A stretch of 63,664 nt of DNA, the filler included, from Bonamia ostreae (lineage: Eukaryota): NCBI GenBank assembly GCA_040357525.1. It is 21 parts of 21 records of this genome, joined end to end, with 100 filler letters (N's around TTAATTAATTAA, not from the genome) between each part and the next. Parts side by side here need not be neighbours in the genome. Positions count along the whole stretch, not along the records: positions 1 to 2,970 come from JBDODL010000629.1; positions 3,071 to 6,040 come from JBDODL010000630.1; positions 6,141 to 9,106 come from JBDODL010000631.1; positions 9,207 to 12,169 come from JBDODL010000632.1; positions 12,270 to 15,229 come from JBDODL010000633.1; 16 more parts are not named here. One strand, given 5' to 3'. The notes below the pieces were generated by a model. That model had not been told where the DNA came from. It saw only the letters and a list, made by a program, of their open reading frames with translations, and did no database searches. Positions 1 to 13,146 of this stretch are shown in pieces. Both the position numbers and the translations under genes were made by a program. Every line of letters begins with the position of its first letter. Position 1 is the first letter of the stretch.

Positions 1-165
1 CCACCAAACACCACCACAAGATCCATCCCACACCCCCCCCACCTGACAACAACCACCAACCAACCCACTGACCATACCCAACTCACAAAACCCACCACCA
101 CCCCACAAACACAAGAACAAAAAAACAAAAATAATTAGGAACTGCACGTTCACGAAGACGAACAA

Positions 166-1032
166 ATGCTCGACAACGCTCTCGATGTCGACGGATCCGA
201 CGTTGAAATGCCACGCAGAGCCCAAAGTATTGAGAATGCCGAATTCGGTGAAATCAGTCAAGAGCGAATCCGCTTCGGAGACAAAAGTGTTCCTTCTTTG
301 TCTCCGCCCGATTTGCGTCGCGACATTTCTCTCGAAAAACAACACAATCTGCGGCGAAAACTCGAATTCGTCAAAAAGAAAAATTTTCTGCGTTTCGACA
401 AGAAAATCGAACTGGAAAAATCGAAAATCGAAAACGATTGTGACCGGGAAACTCCCGAAGAAGAAGAAACGCTCTTCTTCGACGCCGAGAATGTAATGAC
501 GCGCCCCTTTTTGTTGCCGGCGCTACAATCTTCTCTGTTCGGTTTGTTTGACAAGTTCTCGATCGCGAAGACCGCCAAAGACGCTCTCCCGCCTTCCAAA
601 AAGAACAAAGTACTTGACGACACAAACAAAAACGCAAATTCCGCACAAACCCATTTCGCCGAAGATGAGCTATCGATAGATTTTGCAGGGTTCAGTATCA
701 GTCCAGAGCGAGAAAACTCTGTCCAAAATTCGATACAAAGCGATATCGGCGATAGAGATTTGTCTGGGCTGAACGAATCGACGAATGCTTTGTTTTCGAG
801 TCCGCTCAAATCAAAGTTGGAAGCCGAAAACGCTGTAAAGGGGAAACGGTCAAAAATGTTGATAGACAAAATTCGAAAAGCGGAGAAGACTACTTTTAAA
901 AAGATCGCGGCGGATTCCTCAAGAAAAACTACCGCGGGAGTTTTCTTTGAATTGTTGTGTCTAAAGAGTCGTTCTTTGATTGAGTGTGAGCAAAAGGAAA
1001 TTTGGGGCGAAATTGTTGTTACAGTAAATTGA
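166..1032 (+). CDS. Rad21/Rec8-family cohesin kleisin, C-terminal part (5' truncated)
   Basis: C-terminal winged-helix motif SRKTTAGVFFELLCLKSRSLIECEQKEIWGEIVV. Confidence 0.85.
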   Translation: MLDNALDVDGSDVEMPRRAQSIENAEFGEISQERIRFGDKSVPSLSPPDLRRDISLEKQHNLRRKLEFVKKKNFLRFDKKIELEKSKIENDCDRETPEEEETLFFDAENVMTRPFLLPALQSSLFGLFDKFSIAKTAKDALPPSKKNKVLDDTNKNANSAQTHFAEDELSIDFAGFSISPERENSVQNSIQSDIGDRDLSGLNESTNALFSSPLKSKLEAENAVKGKRSKMLIDKIRKAEKTTFKKIAADSSRKTTAGVFFELLCLKSRSLIECEQKEIWGEIVVTVN

Positions 1033-1263
1033 TCTGTGATGTTTTGTGTACAACAAATTTTGTCAGTTTGAAGATACATTATTTCGGGGTTACAGAAAAA
1101 GGCTTTAGAATATAGAAGATTAGAAAATTAAGATATAATAAATAGCAGTTGTAAAATGATCTATTTTATAAAACATAGACTTTAGTTTTCAGTCTAAAAT
1201 TAGTTATTTTCAACATCATTAAAATAAACAAAATTAAAAATTTTTCATATAAACAGTTTTAAA

Positions 1264-1924
1264 ATGCAAAAGGAAGAAAAAAGAGAAAAGGAAATATTGA
1301 ACAAATCAAAAAACGAAGAAACGAAAAAATTGAACAAATCGAAAAGTAAAGTAACTAAAAAAATGAAAATAGCGAAAAAATCTAAAATCGAAGAATCGAA
1401 TAAAGAAAAAAAATCAAAAAACAAAAAATTGAAAAAACTAAAAAACGAAAAATTGAAAAAACCAAAAAACGAAAAATCGAAAAAATCGAAAAAACCAAAA
1501 AACGAAAAATTTGAAAAATCAAAAAAATCGAAAAAACCAAAAAACGAAAAATTGGAAAAATCGAAAAAATTGAAAAAACCAAAAAACGAAAAATTGGAAA
1601 AATCGAAAATAATAAAAAACGAAAAATTGAAAAAATCGAAAATAATAAAAAACGAAAAATCGAAGAAACAAAATAAAATCGAAAAGAAAACAAATAATAT
1701 AATCAAAAAACCAAAATTCCAAAAACCGGGACAGAGATTTAAGGAACCAGACCAAGTTTGCTATTATCTAAAACAAATTAAATAAGAACGACTCTTTGTT
1801 AATTTTTTACGGCTCTCTAAGAAAACAAATTCCTGAAAGCAAAATGGCTGAAAAATGGCTTTTAACACACGGATGTTTACCAGAAAATGAAGCGAAAAAT
1901 GTCTTTGAACGACTAAAAAAATAA
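1264..1924 (+). CDS. Lys-rich repetitive protein with a conserved small C-terminal domain; 31-nt intron at 1756-1786
   Basis: KKPKNEK repeats; splicing gives PGQRFKEPDQNDSLLIFYGSLRKQIPESKMAEKWLLTHG, resembling a conserved eukaryotic uncharacterised domain. Confidence 0.7.
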
Positions 1925-2804
1925 TTTGAAATTTTAAAATGTCTTTTTTGATGTTATAATTTATTTTGTAAATCGTATTCCAAAAAAATGTTCGTTATAA
2001 ATGGATGAACATGTTTTTCTGTTTTTATATTTTCGGACTGTGATTCGGCGTTTAAAGCTTCATAATCATCAAATAACGTTCTAAAAGAGAATATCGGATT
2101 TTTGTCGAAGCAAAAATCTTCGTCATCGGAAGATAACGAAAAAGCGGATTTTGATTTGTTATTTAATCTTTTACGTTTTTTTAATAGAATTTGCAATTTT
2201 TGCAATTTTTAAATGCGATTTTTTAAACATTTTTTTGTAAAGATCGGATATTTTATAAGAATTGATTTTTCTTATAATTTTGATTTTTTTCCCAAGAAAG
2301 CTAAATTTAATGCAAAATTACTTTTTCTATCAAAATTACTTTTGATGTTAAATTACTTTTGTTTTGGGTTTCAAATCCATTTTGAGTTACGACCTTTCTA
2401 ATTTTTGGTTAAAAATGCAAATTTGAAAATATATGAGAACTTTTTAATTAAAAGCTAATTATTGCAATGAATCGCAAAATAGTTTTGTTTATTGCGAAGA
2501 TACCCAGATATGTAGAGAACAATCTGGAAATCGCCTGGAATTCGACACCGATCGGAAAGAAAAAACCGCTAAATTTTAAAACTCAGATTTATCCAGTTTT
2601 AGCTAAAATCTGCTTTAAATAGAATTGATTGCTGAATAATGATAATAAAAAACATAAAATGTGAAATTTTTAACAAAAATAGAAAGTTGCATTGTGGACT
2701 TTAGTCGCCTATGGAGCGTTCAAATTGTGGAAAATTAAAAATGATAATCCGTTAACAAGATACCAAACAGTCGACCCATTCCGTTTATTAAAATAAAAAC
2801 AGAA

Positions 2805-2952
2805 AACTTAAACTTCAAAATTTTCAAAATGTCAATAAAAAACTAAAACTTCAAAATTTTCAAAATGTCAATAAAAAACTAAAACTTCAAAATGTCAATA
2901 AAAAACTAAAACTTCAAAATGTTCAAAATGTCAATAAAACTAAAACTTCAAA
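2805..2952. repeat. AT-rich minisatellite (unit ~AAAACTTCAAAATTTTCAAAATGTCAATAAAAAACT), probably intronic
   Basis: About four to five degenerate tandem copies visible. Confidence 0.85.
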
Positions 2953-2970
2953 AGGTCCTAGACCGCCACC

Positions 2971-3070
2971 NNNNNNNNNNNNNNNNNNNNNNNNNNNNNN
3001 NNNNNNNNNNNNNNTTAATTAATTAANNNNNNNNNNNNNNNNNNNNNNNNNNNNNNNNNNNNNNNNNNNN
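2971..3070. other. Artificial contig spacer N44-TTAATTAATTAA-N44 (first of 20; others start at 6041, 9107, 12170, 15230, 18278, 21326, 24372, 27414, 30455, 33490, 36523, 39553, 42578, 45599, 48616, 51631, 54643, 57653, 60659)
   Basis: Identical 100-bp block with a six-frame stop linker; the intervening contigs never increase in length (2970 down to 2906 bp). Confidence 0.99.
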
Positions 3071-4087
3071 GTTTCTTCTCGTTAAAAGTTTTGTTGAGCT
3101 TAAAAAATCCCGGAGATGTCAATAGATCGTCGACCAATTTTTTCGTGTTCGAGAACTCGCTTTCGTCGCCACTGTCGTAAGGAAATTCTCGAATCGCCAT
3201 TCGCGCTTTGCTGATCGCCCTCACCATCAAAACGTACACAAAATGCAAATTTTCCACTCTTTCGTTATGTCGTCCAAGAGAACGTTGAAATCTTGACCTT
3301 CATATAATAACCTTTTAAAGTCCGGTTTGGTGCTTTTGCCAATGTTCGTCTTTTCTGCAATATGGGCCGAAACTGAAGCGTGAAGCCCGGAAACGATTCT
3401 GTAAAAGAATTGGTCTTCCGTGCAACTGTCTTCGAAACCGCTTTCTTCAAAATTATTTTTGCAAAAAGCTAATTCCGCAGAGAAAGTCTAATAATGGCTT
3501 CTCCAAAAATTTAATGGAAAAATCTCATCAAAAAGAACCATGGAGACAGTTCTCGCCGTAAATCGCTTTCCAAACTTTGTGCGCGGACTCTCCGCCGTAG
3601 CCGGTGTCCTCGTGCGGATTCGCGGCCAAATCGATGTAAACGGCTAAAAATAAAAAATTCGACATTTTTCGTCGTTGGGCGAGACGATCCACATTTCGTC
3701 GTCTTCTGTCCAAGGCAAAAACCCGATCGACGTTTTTCTATTTACACGCAGAAAATCGGCCTCGTCTCGCCATTTCTGTGGAACCTAAAAACTAAAAAGG
3801 GCAACATCGCCATCTTCACAGGGGCAAACAGCGCAAGACGGCTTTACACAGAATTTCTGGGCATTCCAGAAAAGGCATTTTTCGTCGAGTGCGACTTTGA
3901 AAATTCGGAAAAAAAGGGTTTTCTGACGTTTTTGGGTAAATCGAACTTTAAGTTCTGAGAGGATTCCGTGGACGTGTCGATTGACTTCAAGAACGTCTGT
4001 TCCGTAACAATCGCATTGCGGCACCTTAAAATCTTTGCAAGAGTTGTGCAGTCCGACGAGTAGAATTAACAGAATTATAATCGTCAT
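3071..4087 (-). CDS. ERO1: ER oxidoreductin ERO1, 5' part; introns 3923-3946, 3785-3805, 3644-3663, ~3447-3540 and 3292-3311
   Basis: Signal peptide; FFRIFKVALDEKCLFW; YIDLAANPHEDTGYGGESAHKVWKAIYGENC; FFYRIVSGLHASVSAHI; ERVENLHFVY. Confidence 0.93.
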
Positions 4088-4145
4088 TTTGGCTAATTAC
4101 GAGCTTAGCTCATACAGATATAATTGTTTGAATTTAGCCGAAATA

Positions 4146-5548
4146 ATGGCTGGGTTCGCAGAGATGTTGATTAGTTTTAGGAACCAACAAGGTTCTTTGT
4201 TCAAATTCGTTTTTGAACTAAATTCAAATCATTTAGGCGAGAAAGTAGTGGAGCAACTTAAAAAATGCAAAGACAGTTTTAATGCCTTTCTAGAAAACGG
4301 TGTTGAAATGCAGAACGCAGACGCAGAGGACAACATTGAAATTGTCATCGCGAAGAATTTTTGTATTTTCACTGAAAAATCAAAATCCGAAAAGCTCAAA
4401 AGTCAAGAAGCCTTATCGTGCATTCTCGGAAAGTTTTATGAATGGATGAACTTGGAGCCACAGAAAAGAACGAATTGGTACATGTTCGTTCTTCTGTTTC
4501 TCTTAAAAGAATATTCGAACTTAAGTGACGAAGTTTAGTAAAAAAGTTTTAGATCGATTTGGACGAAAAGTCGACAAAATGGAAATTCGAAGCGGATTCA
4601 AAAATAAAAACCTTTTTCAGGCTCGTAGCGCAAAACAGAATTGATACCATCAACCATCCAAACTTTTACATTTACGGACTTGTCACCGAGCTATTCAAAA
4701 TCTATTTTAAGGTTTTGGTATAAAATATTTTTAGATGGATAATTATAAATTTTGCGAGGGCTTAAGAATCCAATTGAATTCTCCAGTCTTCCCGTCAATT
4801 GACAATTGTCCAAAATCGCATATAATCGAGTTTAGTTATTATTGTGGAATTTTAGACACTGTTTTCGCGAATTACGAAAACGTTTTGACAATTTTAAACT
4901 TTTACCGTCCCGCAATTTTTTAAACGTTTCAACAATTAAATTTAAGGCTGCGATTAATCTCCAAAAAGCTTTAAACCTAACAAAAAACGAACAATCGAAA
5001 ACAAAAATTCTTTTGTTTTTGATACCTATCAAAGCCCTTTCCTCTCAATTTCCAACATTAGAAGATTTTAGTAAAATATCAAAATCCGAAAAAGCTCTCT
5101 CGATTTTACTTAAATGGGCAATGGCTACTAAAAACGGCGACTTGAAACTCTTCAACGAGTTAACAGATCGTCTTAAACACGTCGTTTTAAATTTGGGCTT
5201 AGAAGACTTGTTCCTCAAAGTCAAGTCGACCACACTTTACAGAAACATCGTTAAAAAACAGTTTTATGACTGCATCAGTTTAGCTCTCTTTCGTGGATGT
5301 CATCTTTCGACAAAACCTCGCCAACAAAAACAAGTTATGCTCACCACGTCCCGCTGCATATTCTCCAAAAAGCCTTTGACGGCGACGAAAGCAGCGGAAA
5401 GCGAAGCTTCGAAGACATCGAAAATATTCTCAGCAACTTAATTTACGACGGGTTGATCAAAGGTTACATCGCGAGACAGCGATGTCTCGTTCTCAGCAAA
5501 AAGTTGCCTTTCCCGCCATTGCTAAAAGGGAAAATTTTGCAAAATTAA
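4146..5548 (+). CDS. PCI-domain protein, PCID2/Thp1/CSN12-like; four short introns (e.g. 4533-4552, 4712-4734)
   Basis: LVTELFKIYFK, IEFSYYCG, KILLFLIPIK, IENILSNLIYDGLIKGYIARQRCLVLSKKLPFP. Confidence 0.85.
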
Positions 5549-5551
5549 AAT

Positions 5552-5960
5552 TTAATCGAATTTCAAGTCTTCGTATTTTATCTTTTTGTTCAAACTGTCC
5601 AAATAGAAGAAACTAGTTTTCACTCCTTTGCATCCTTTCTTCCAGTCATATCCGGTCTTAGAACTAAGAGCTTCTTTTTCCAATTCGACTAAAAATGGCT
5701 CTAGATCGTCGAGGCTTTTGGCGGAAAGCAAAAGTTTAAAAGACTCGCAGTTGATTTTGGAACCTTTCAACATGGTGGTCAAGCAATATTTTGTGTAGGA
5801 CCAACGATGATTAGAGAGCATTGCAATGCGAGCGTACATCGGAACCACATCGGATAACGGCGAAAATCCGTTTTTGTCGAAAACACTTGGATTCCATAAA
5901 GCCCCTCTTGCTATCATCACACTGTCGCAGTTTGTTAAAGATTTGGCTTTTGGAATGCTC
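5552..5960 (-). CDS. tRNA-dihydrouridine synthase (DUS2-like), 3' exon
   Basis: CDSVMIARGALWNPSVF and YTKYCL motifs; start coordinate approximate. Confidence 0.85.
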
Positions 5961-6215
5961 TTTTTGGAACATTGTAATAAAATTTATTAAGAAAATATGG
6001 AAATTGGTGAAAAGTTATTTAAGAATGTTCAAAATTAAAANNNNNNNNNNNNNNNNNNNNNNNNNNNNNNNNNNNNNNNNNNNNTTAATTAATTAANNNN
6101 NNNNNNNNNNNNNNNNNNNNNNNNNNNNNNNNNNNNNNNNAAATTTAAACCAAAAATCCCATTTTGACTATTGCTCATTCCGATTTTAAATTTTAAAAAT
6201 CGAATTCTTTTAATT

Positions 6216-9010
6216 TCAATTGTCATTGTCGATCTTGTCAAATTCGGCAAAATCCGGTTCCGGCGAAACAGAGTCGCCCAATTTTTGTTTCTTGTCAGAT
6301 TTTGGGACCTCCACCAAATTTTTTTCGTCTCTTTTGGGATCCCTCACTCTTTTCCGACCAGAATCGTTGTCAATCTGGTCAAACTGATCAAAATCGACTT
6401 CCGGAGAATTACTGACAAAGTTGTGGAATTTGCCAGAATCGCCGCTTCTAGACAAGCCATTTTTCGCAAAGTTTTTCTGACTGTTCCAATTCCTGTTTCC
6501 GTCGTTAAAGTCGCGTTCAGATCGTCTGTTGTCATGTCCTGTGCGACTTCTGTAACTGTTGTTGCCATATCCTTCCGAGTTGTTGTGACCAAAATTGTTG
6601 CCGCGGCGATCATAGTTTCCTCGGCGACCGTAATTGCTTTTCTCAATGTGACTTCTGTTTTGAGGGCGTTTGTAGTCGCCGTAATTTTTTGACTCGTTTT
6701 GAGGGCGGTTTGAATAACCGCGAGGAGATGGTCTACTGAATTGGTGTTGTGGTTCCTGATATCTTGGCGATTGCTTCACATTTTTATGGCTATTTTCAAA
6801 TCTTCTGTTGTCAAAATTTTTCTCGTTTCTTCCAAAATTTCTGTTGACATTTTCATAATTTCTTTTCGTAAAATTTCTGTGACTATCATCATCAAAATTT
6901 TTGTTGCCGCTGTAATAGCGGTTTGGCTGTTGATATCTTTGACTAGAGTTTCTACTGTCGAAATCGACGCGATTTCTAAAATTGGCTCGTCGGTTATTGT
7001 AGCCGTCGTCTCTGTCGTGATTTCTAGAGTGCTCGTTTCTGTTGTAATTTTTGGGGGCACTTTTCCTTTTCACGTAAGGGGAGTTTTCGTAAGGGTGACT
7101 TTTGAACCAACTGACCAAACGATCGGCCGACTTGAAGACTTTGTTTCTGAATCTTTTTTCAGGCATTTTAGAACAATAAGAGAATTATTTCAAATTAGGA
7201 TTATGTAAAGCTTAATGGATATGTAATATATGCTGATTTGTTAATTTTGTGGGGAACTTTAGTCCGTTAGGAACGACGATGATGTACTCCTTTTTGACGT
7301 TGACGTTGAAGATGTAGAAGATGATGAGACAACCGGGATGTTTTTGGGACAGACCGATTCCGTAAGGAATTCTGGACGGGTCGTCTCTTTTTTCCGCGGT
7401 CACCATTTCTTCGACGTTTTTTTCGGTTCCGAATCGGAAACTTTTGAACTTTATCACTTCGTTTATTCTTGCCGTCATTTTCTCGAAAAATCTTGAATTT
7501 GTAATTAGTGACTGTTTTATGCCAAAATTTACAAAAATTGCGAAAATTATCACCAAAATAACGATAAAAAACAAAATTTAGGTGAAAATATAAAAATAGC
7601 AAAAAACAAAATTTAGGTGAAAATATCCAAAATAATTTATAGAAAATAACAAAAATAGAATTTAGCTAAAATATAGAAATATAACGGAAAATTAATTATA
7701 CAAAATATCGAAAAAAACGAAAACATTAATTCAGGAAAACGAAAAATAATGAAAAACAAGATTCAGATAAAATATAAAATTTAGTAGAAATGAATAAAAA
7801 TATCGAAATATAGAAAATATAAAAATATCGATATAAAAAATAAAATTTAAAATATAATTTTTATATAAATATTATTTAAAATAAAATATCGAAAATATAA
7901 AAACAAAATAAAGATTTTAATATAAAAATATCGAAATAAAATTTAGTAAAAATGGCGAAAAAAAAATTGAACAAAAATACCGAAAATAAATTATAAACAA
8001 AATTTAAACACCAAAAATAAAATAAAAATGGCGGAAATTTAGAACAACAAAAAATAAAATATAAATTTAGGTGAAAATATAAAATAAAAATGGCGAAAAA
8101 TATAAATTACAAAAATATCGAAAAATAAAATTAACCAAAAAATTTTGGCCAAACCTTGCATAGATCTCATCCAAATCCTCAAATTGCAAATTGCTAATCT
8201 CCAACAAACGGCCGACACTGAACGAATTCGGTTTGTTCTTTTCCTTTATCTCAATGTTGGCGCAAATAAAAGGATCTTTGAAAATCTTCCAAGTTGCAGT
8301 AAGGAAATTCGGTCCGCGTGTACTTGGGCGAATGACCAAACTACCCGTTTCCTTGTCGCGCAGATAGTTCTCCGCTTCGACTCTGGTCACATTTTTGAAG
8401 AACGGGAAATCGATTTTCCGCGCGACAAAAGTCGGCTTTTTGCTTTCCTTTTCGTCTTCCGATTCTTCTTTTTCTTCTTTTGTGTCCAAATATCGGTCCA
8501 ACCGTTTCGGCAAATATAATTTTTCTTTGTTTTAGACAAATTTTGTTATTTTTGCGATCGATTTATTGTTGTTTTAAACAAATTTTGAAAATTTTTGTAA
8601 TTATTTTGTCGCCATTTTTATACAAATTTGATTTGAATAAATTTTTGTACAGCAAATCAAACCTGGATTTTCGAGACTTTTGTCTTCAACACAATCTTTT
8701 AAAGCGTTGAGAAAAATCGAGAATTTTCCTTTTTCTTTTGAAAAGTCAACAACACGAGCTTTTATCGTTGTTCCAACAGGCACTTTTCTTTTAATCACTG
8801 AAATTTTGTCTTCGGAAGTGTTGAGGTCGTCCCACGACAAAAGATGTTCGAATTTGATAACGCCGAGGACATTACAGTCCAATTGGCACAAGACGCTTTT
8901 GTTTGTGTGGGCTACTACAGTCGCAGCGAGTAATTGACCGGGGTGGAGTGTTTGAGGGGATTCACATGTTATTAACCAAAAAAGTTCTTCGTCTGATAAT
9001 TTCTTGTATT
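6216..9010 (-). CDS. SPT6: Transcription elongation factor SPT6, 3' part (S1 domain, tandem SH2, R/N/G-rich tail); multi-exon
   Basis: FPFFKNVTRVEAENYL...VIRPSTRGPNFLTATWKI; FEDLDEIYARF; PSRIPYGIGLSQKHPG; FRNKVFKSADRLVSWFK. Confidence 0.92.
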
Positions 9011-9206
9011 CTAAAAATTTGAGTTTTTAGCTTCAAATTGACCATTTTTATTACAAATTTTTTAGCTTCAAATTGACCATTTTTTTATTACAAATTTTTT
9101 AGTTGCNNNNNNNNNNNNNNNNNNNNNNNNNNNNNNNNNNNNNNNNNNNNTTAATTAATTAANNNNNNNNNNNNNNNNNNNNNNNNNNNNNNNNNNNNNN
9201 NNNNNN

Positions 9207-9659
9207 CTGCACAACCGGGTTCTGCATCGTCTGCATCATCGCAGCCGGGTCATTCAGCAAATTCTGCAACTCTGGATTTCCGAAAGCGCCGCCCATATTC
9301 GCTTGGCCGAACATCCCCGAATTGCCAGAATTCGGTTGGAAACCGGCAGAAGACGCTGATTGCTGATAATTGGGCTGTTGCGGTTGAGAATCAGTGTTGG
9401 CAGAGTTCGAGACGTTTTGCTGCGGATTCGACGGTTTGGCGCTGCGGATCAAAATGACGACGTGATTTTCCTCTAAACCGGTTTCTTTCAGGATTTCATC
9501 CGGTTTGAGGATTTTGCCCTTGTAAATCATCTTTTGGTTGCTCGGTTCGATGTCGGTCTTCTCTTTGCACTTGCGCATCATTTCGGCGACGGTCGATTCC
9601 AAAGGGACGTCGACTTTGAAGCTATCTCCCTTTGTTCTTTTGATGTTGATAATGGCCAT
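9207..9659 (-). CDS. Ubiquilin/Dsk2-like UBL-STI1 protein, 5' part
   Basis: N-terminal UBL (QKMIYKGKILK) followed by NPELQNLLNDPAAMMQTMQNPVVQ. Confidence 0.85.
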
Positions 9660-9859
9660 CGAAGAAATATAATTTAGTATTGTTATACTGGGAAAGGTTA
9701 AACTGGAAAGGCTAAATCGTTTTTGTTGTTTAATGGAATTTTTGTTTTTGATGGAATTGGGGATGGGACTTTTGTGGATTTTTGTAAATTTGAATTTTTT
9801 GTTGCGATGAATCGAATATGTCAAATATCAAAAATTTAAATTGATGTAAATTTTTTTAT

Positions 9860-10420
9860 TACAAATGACAAAAATTATGCAAAAATAGACAAAATTTATC
9901 GTTAAATCGACAAAAAAATTATCGTAGAAAATGGACAAAAAAATATTGTAAAAAATGGCCAAAATAACAAAATTGCCAAAAATAGTGTTAAAATGCCAAA
10001 AATAAGGACAAAGATTATATAACAAAACGACAAAAATTATCGTAAAAATGGTCAAAAATATCGTTAAATCGGCAAAAAAATTATCGTAGATAATGGACAA
10101 ACAATATTGTAAAAAATGGTCAAAAATATTGCAAAAATTGCGAAAATAACAAAAATTATGTTAAAATGTCAGAAATAAGGACAAAATTATCGAACTAAAC
10201 GACAAAAATTTCCGTAAAAAATGGTCAAAAATATTGCAAAAATGGCGAAAATAACAAAAATTATGTTAAAAATGCCAAAAATAAGGACAAAGATTATCGA
10301 ACTAAACGACAAAAATTATCGTAAAAAATGGTCAAAATAATAAAAATTATATAAAAAATGCCAAAAATAAGGACAAAAATTATCGCAAAAATTAATAAAA
10401 ATTGTTCAAAAATTAAAAAA
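9860..10420. repeat. Degenerate tandem repeat array (recurring AAAATGGTCAAAAATAT / ATAAGGACAAAGATTAT / ACGACAAAAATTATCG blocks)
   Basis: Several diverged copies visible upstream of the ubiquilin gene. Confidence 0.75.
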
Positions 10421-10659
10421 AATGAAAAGTGACCAAAAATATAAAATTTATCCTATAAACGGACAAAATGTTATCAAAAGATGTCAATTTTTGACAAGAA
10501 ATTTGATACAAAGCTATTTTACCAACAAAAAATCGTTCTTTATCGTAATAAAATATTTCCAAAAATTTCGTCAAATAATATTTTGTAATTTTGTTGAAAA
10601 AGTTTTATCGCTTTAAATACACAAATAAGAAATATTAAAATTATTAAAAACAAAAAATT

Positions 10660-12169
10660 GTGGTGGAAATTTTTAAAAAATGGATTCGGATAACGATACG
10701 ACTCTTTCTTCACTCGAAGAATGTTTCTTTGATATTTTTAGTACCGCTTTCGAAAATCGATACCATCATTAACAACCATGTCTCACAGTTTATTCTGACC
10801 AACTTTAACAATTTTAGATGCGAAGGCAAGAATCCGGGGAATATCAATAGCGCTGGAAATATCTTTCATTACAGAAACGAACAAGTTTTCAAATAATCGC
10901 CATATTCAGAAGATTGTAAAAATCTTTGGTAACAAAAAGTTGGAGAAAAATTTAAAAGAGATTAAACAAGACCTTGGCTTTCTAGAACGAATATCTACAC
11001 GAGAAAAATTGCTTGGAGACGAATTGATTGGAATTGGAAAAGATTTTTGGAAATCGATCAAATCAAATTTTATGTCCAATGAAGAAAAGGAAATGTCTAT
11101 CGATAGAGACATCGGGAAAATGACTATTGAAATAGGTAAAAAAGCTGTTCTGATCTCTCATAAAAGAAGACAATTTCTTTTTGATTTCCGCGAACAATTT
11201 AAAGACAGTTTTTATCTTCAAGTTAGTGCTTTTTGTTACATATCTTTTACTGATTTTTTATCAACAATATTAACATAAGTCGAAGATAGTAAAAAATTTG
11301 TAAACGAATCAGTTGAAAACGAGAAAAAGAGATTGGATGACGCCATTAATAAAGTAAAATCTCAAATTTTGCCGGTTAACATGGAATTGAGAGAATTGAA
11401 TTCATTGCATAATCAAATTAAATTAAAAGAGGTTATTGTTATTAATAAATAATTAACGATCATTGTTATTTTTATAATTGATGCAAATAAAAAAGTTTTT
11501 TATATTAAAATGTTAAAGGAAAAACATCAAAGATATTTGGAGAAGAAAATGTCAATGCCGAGGAGATTTTTTTATGGTTCCAAGAGTTGCGAAAAAACAA
11601 TTATAAAATTGAGAATACAGGAAAATCTGCTCAAAAGAAAAATTATTGATCTGTGCAGATATCACAAAACACAAATTGAAAATATAAATTTTCTTCTTTG
11701 TGAGTTTTCCTAGTTAATATTTTAAAGATTCCATGAGATAAAAATGCCTCGTCTAATGAGAAAACAAAATAAAATTGTATTAAAAACTGAAAAAATGTTG
11801 GAAACCATTTTTTACAAATTTACAGAACTTGAAGATGAGAGATCTAATTTTAACAAAAGCATAACTGCTTTTTTTAAAACAAAATATTTTAATGAAAAAT
11901 TAAAAAGACAATCTAAGCGCAAAAACGATGCCATTTTCTGGTCAATTTTAACATTTTTATTAAATTGTTAAAATTTCACAAAATTATTGAATTTAAAATA
12001 GTCTTGAATCGTTTGGAAATTTCAATCCCAAAAAATATGAAATCGAATATCAAATGCCCAAAACAACAAAAGAAGTTAGAAAAAGTACGCCTAAAATTCC
12101 AGATTGGGGCAGATTTATTCTAATGGACAAAGCTCCGCAAGTTTTGCAGTTGGATACAGAATCCAGTGA
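10660..12169 (+). CDS. Hypothetical multi-exon, probably coiled-coil protein
   Basis: Consecutive same-strand K/E-rich ORFs separated by short GT..AG segments; no family recognised; boundaries uncertain. Confidence 0.4.
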
Positions 12170-12269
12170 NNNNNNNNNNNNNNNNNNNNNNNNNNNNNNN
12201 NNNNNNNNNNNNNTTAATTAATTAANNNNNNNNNNNNNNNNNNNNNNNNNNNNNNNNNNNNNNNNNNNN

Positions 12270-13146
12270 CTGTGCCAGTTTGCAGATACGAATCTTCAAA
12301 CGATTGGTGGGTCAGCAAAATGATAAAGAAGCACAAAAGCACCGTGCTCTCCGTCAGCTGGCATCCAAACAACGTCTTCCTCTTGACCGGAGGCTGCGAT
12401 GCTATCTGCAGAATTTTCTCTGGATACATTGAAGAACTCGACACAATGTTCCATTATCAACATTTCTGGTTAAAGGGACGGATATGAAGAATTGGTAAGT
12501 TTGTTCCCGAAATACAACAAATTCGGAACTCTTTTGGCCGAAATCGATTGTTCGAAAAGTTGGATCGAAGACGTTTGTTGGGCTCCGGATGGAATCCAAG
12601 GAGCTTTTGTATGTTTATATTCGTTTATTATTACAGCTCACGATCCGGCTTTGACTTTTTTCGGGTTATCCGCAATCAGCGAAAAGAAGGTCGAAGTACA
12701 AGTTTCCGGTTAAACCATAAAAATAGACGATCAAACTGGGCAACCTCCCGTTTCGAGTCTCCAAATTCGTTGACAATTTCAGATTGATTGCTGCCGGGCA
12801 CGACAACAATCCCTTTCTTTTTCAGAACAACAACGAAGCAAAATTGGAATGGAAATTTGTCGAGAAACTTGATAAAGAAAAAGGCGAAAAAACAGTTTCC
12901 AACAAAAAGGTGACTGCTTTCGCAGCCAATAAAGCGTTGTTCCAAAGTTTTGCCAAATTTTAAAAACGAAAGAAACCACGACGCAAGGGGCAAGTTCTTT
13001 GCTTGAGAAGACTGATTTGAACACACTTCATCAAAATCAAATCATGTTTTTTTGTATAAAAAAGCGGTTTGTCAATAATCGGAGACGGAGCCGAATTTTT
13101 TTCGAGTGGTCTTGACGGAAGAGTTGTTTATTGGAAATTGAAGTAA
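12270..13146 (+). CDS. ARPC1: Arp2/3 complex subunit 1 (WD40), 3' part; five tiny introns
   Basis: NDWWVSKMIKKHKSTVLSVSWHPNNVFL, GAFVSHD, IAAGHDNNP, LHQNQI, SSGLDGRVVYW. Confidence 0.95.

Noticed and set aside
1-135. C/A-rich start as a telomeric repeat
   Set aside because: No fixed repeat unit; looks like low-quality or low-complexity contig-end sequence
1245-1755. Phe-rich minus-strand ORFs as membrane proteins (also 9828-10100, 19581-19793, 49334-49546)
   Set aside because: They are translations of A/T-rich repeats or the antisense of Lys-rich coding sequence
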